Assembly (NCBI GenBank): GCA_030704615.1
Contig: CM060733.1
Coordinates: forward strand, 17,794,001-17,858,000
Length of the DNA: 64,000 bases
Direction of reading: 5' to 3'
DNA from: Takakia lepidozioides
Lineage: Eukaryota > Plantae > Bryophyta
Numbering within the stretch: position 1 is the stretch's first letter; each line of letters opens with the position of its first letter. The notes below the pieces were generated by a model. That model was not told the origin of the DNA. It saw nothing but the letters and a program-made list of their open reading frames with translations, and did not search any database. Shown here in pieces: positions 63,118 through 64,000 of the stretch. The translations under genes and the position numbers were made by a program.

Positions 63118-64000
63118 AACATTCCCGCTCAAACTGGCCGCGGGGTCAATGGCCACAAGGCTACGGCAAACAACGTCTTATGAGTACAATCTCTCTCTCT
63201 AACATCCTGGGCTTTAGGTAACTTCCAGGAAGATTCACTTTCTATAACCTGGAATTTTTTGAACTACTGGGAAGATCACACAGCACATTGATGCTTGTGT
63301 GAAGGGATTTCTAGAGGAAATCTGGAAAGCAAAGCACGAACAAATTGAGGTTAGTCCCACTCCTTGAGTGAGCCCCTCACAAAGGTAATGTCTGTTCCCT
63401 CTTGTTCCACCCCAAACTGGGCACCGGGTCTATCACCACAAAGCTACGGCAAACAATGTCTTGTGAGAACTTTCTCTCACCTTCGCTCAAATATATGAAT
63501 GACAGTCAATCCCAGCCACATTTGCATGCTAGAGGACTACAATCAACCTCACACTGTGACAAAGGATGCCAATGCCAACTTATAAATCAAGCAGTCAAAT
63601 ACCTATGGTCGGACTGCTGTAGGCTCCGGAAATTTTTTGAGTTGAGTTTTACGTACCCTGGTGGTCTGAAACCTCATAACCAGCTTCAGGGCTTAGAATC
63701 CCCCAGGAACCATGCCCGTCAGGTCCGCCGTCAATAGCCAGAGTGGTCATGAGAAGATTCTCTATATCTACATCTCCCCCTCCTCTCTCTCTTTACATCT
63801 CCAAGGGCTATCAAATGTGCACAGCTCTCAATAAGTGCACTTCTCCTATAATCCTGTGTATTCATGAGCATGGGAATGAAACAAGTGGGGATACAGCCTT
63901 GCTGTCACCAAGGTCGAGAAAGAGAAACTGCAGCCGGCCTGCCTCTGGGAACAAGCGCCGCAACACATCAACAGCTCCCATATTACCTCTTGACAAGTTA
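60238..64000 (-). CDS. UXE: UDP-D-xylose/UDP-L-arabinose 4-epimerase (MUR4-like), 3' seven exons; 5' end outside the window; apparent 1-nt frameshift
   Basis: Exons >64000-63895, 63024-62933 ([12 protein letters not shown]), 62266-62125 ([21 protein letters not shown]), 61624-61527 ([10 protein letters not shown]), 61313-61184 ([21 protein letters not shown]), 61056-60911 ([18 protein letters not shown]), 60491-60238 ([16 protein letters not shown]). Confidence 0.88.
63089..63480 (+). mobile_element. Short LINE 3'-end copies at a (CT)n microsatellite in a UXE intron
   Basis: 63121-63200 matches the reverse complement of 34150-34220 and ends GTCTTATGAGTACAATCTCTCTCT. An older copy lies at about 63270-63480. 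Confidence 0.8.

Overview
Eukaryotic, intron-rich land-plant DNA (probably a non-seed plant; inference), roughly half transposable elements. Host genes: (1) a tandem array of lambda-class glutathione S-transferases: 3' end of copy A, two complete 10-exon copies B and C whose active-site Cys is replaced by Ser, and an orphan 3' half, copy D, near 39-40 kb; (2) a multi-exon mitochondrial carrier gene, head-to-head with an intronless SDHAF4; (3) the 3' part of a UDP-arabinose 4-epimerase gene with an apparent 1-nt frameshift. The standout is a 10.9-kb minus-strand Ty3/gypsy-type retroelement (21355-32260, TG..CA ends, CATA target-site duplication). Its decayed polyprotein reads Gag - protease - C5 cytosine DNA methyltransferase (DNMT3-like) - RT - RNase H - DDE integrase - PHD finger. 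Its ends are not an ordinary LTR pair but split direct repeats (A1-ORFs-B1-A2-B2) with a palindromic CA-GC-TG junction. It has no tRNA PBS next to the 5' repeat, only a possible self-priming site. Together these suggest integration from a circular two-LTR intermediate. Other elements: a 4.8-kb APE/RT LINE with a 17-bp TSD and an internal inversion, many GA-microsatellite-associated tails of that LINE family, two TTAA-flanked piggyBac-like MITEs, a truncated chromovirus-like gypsy element, a CACTA end, L1 remnants and a possible long-TIR pair.
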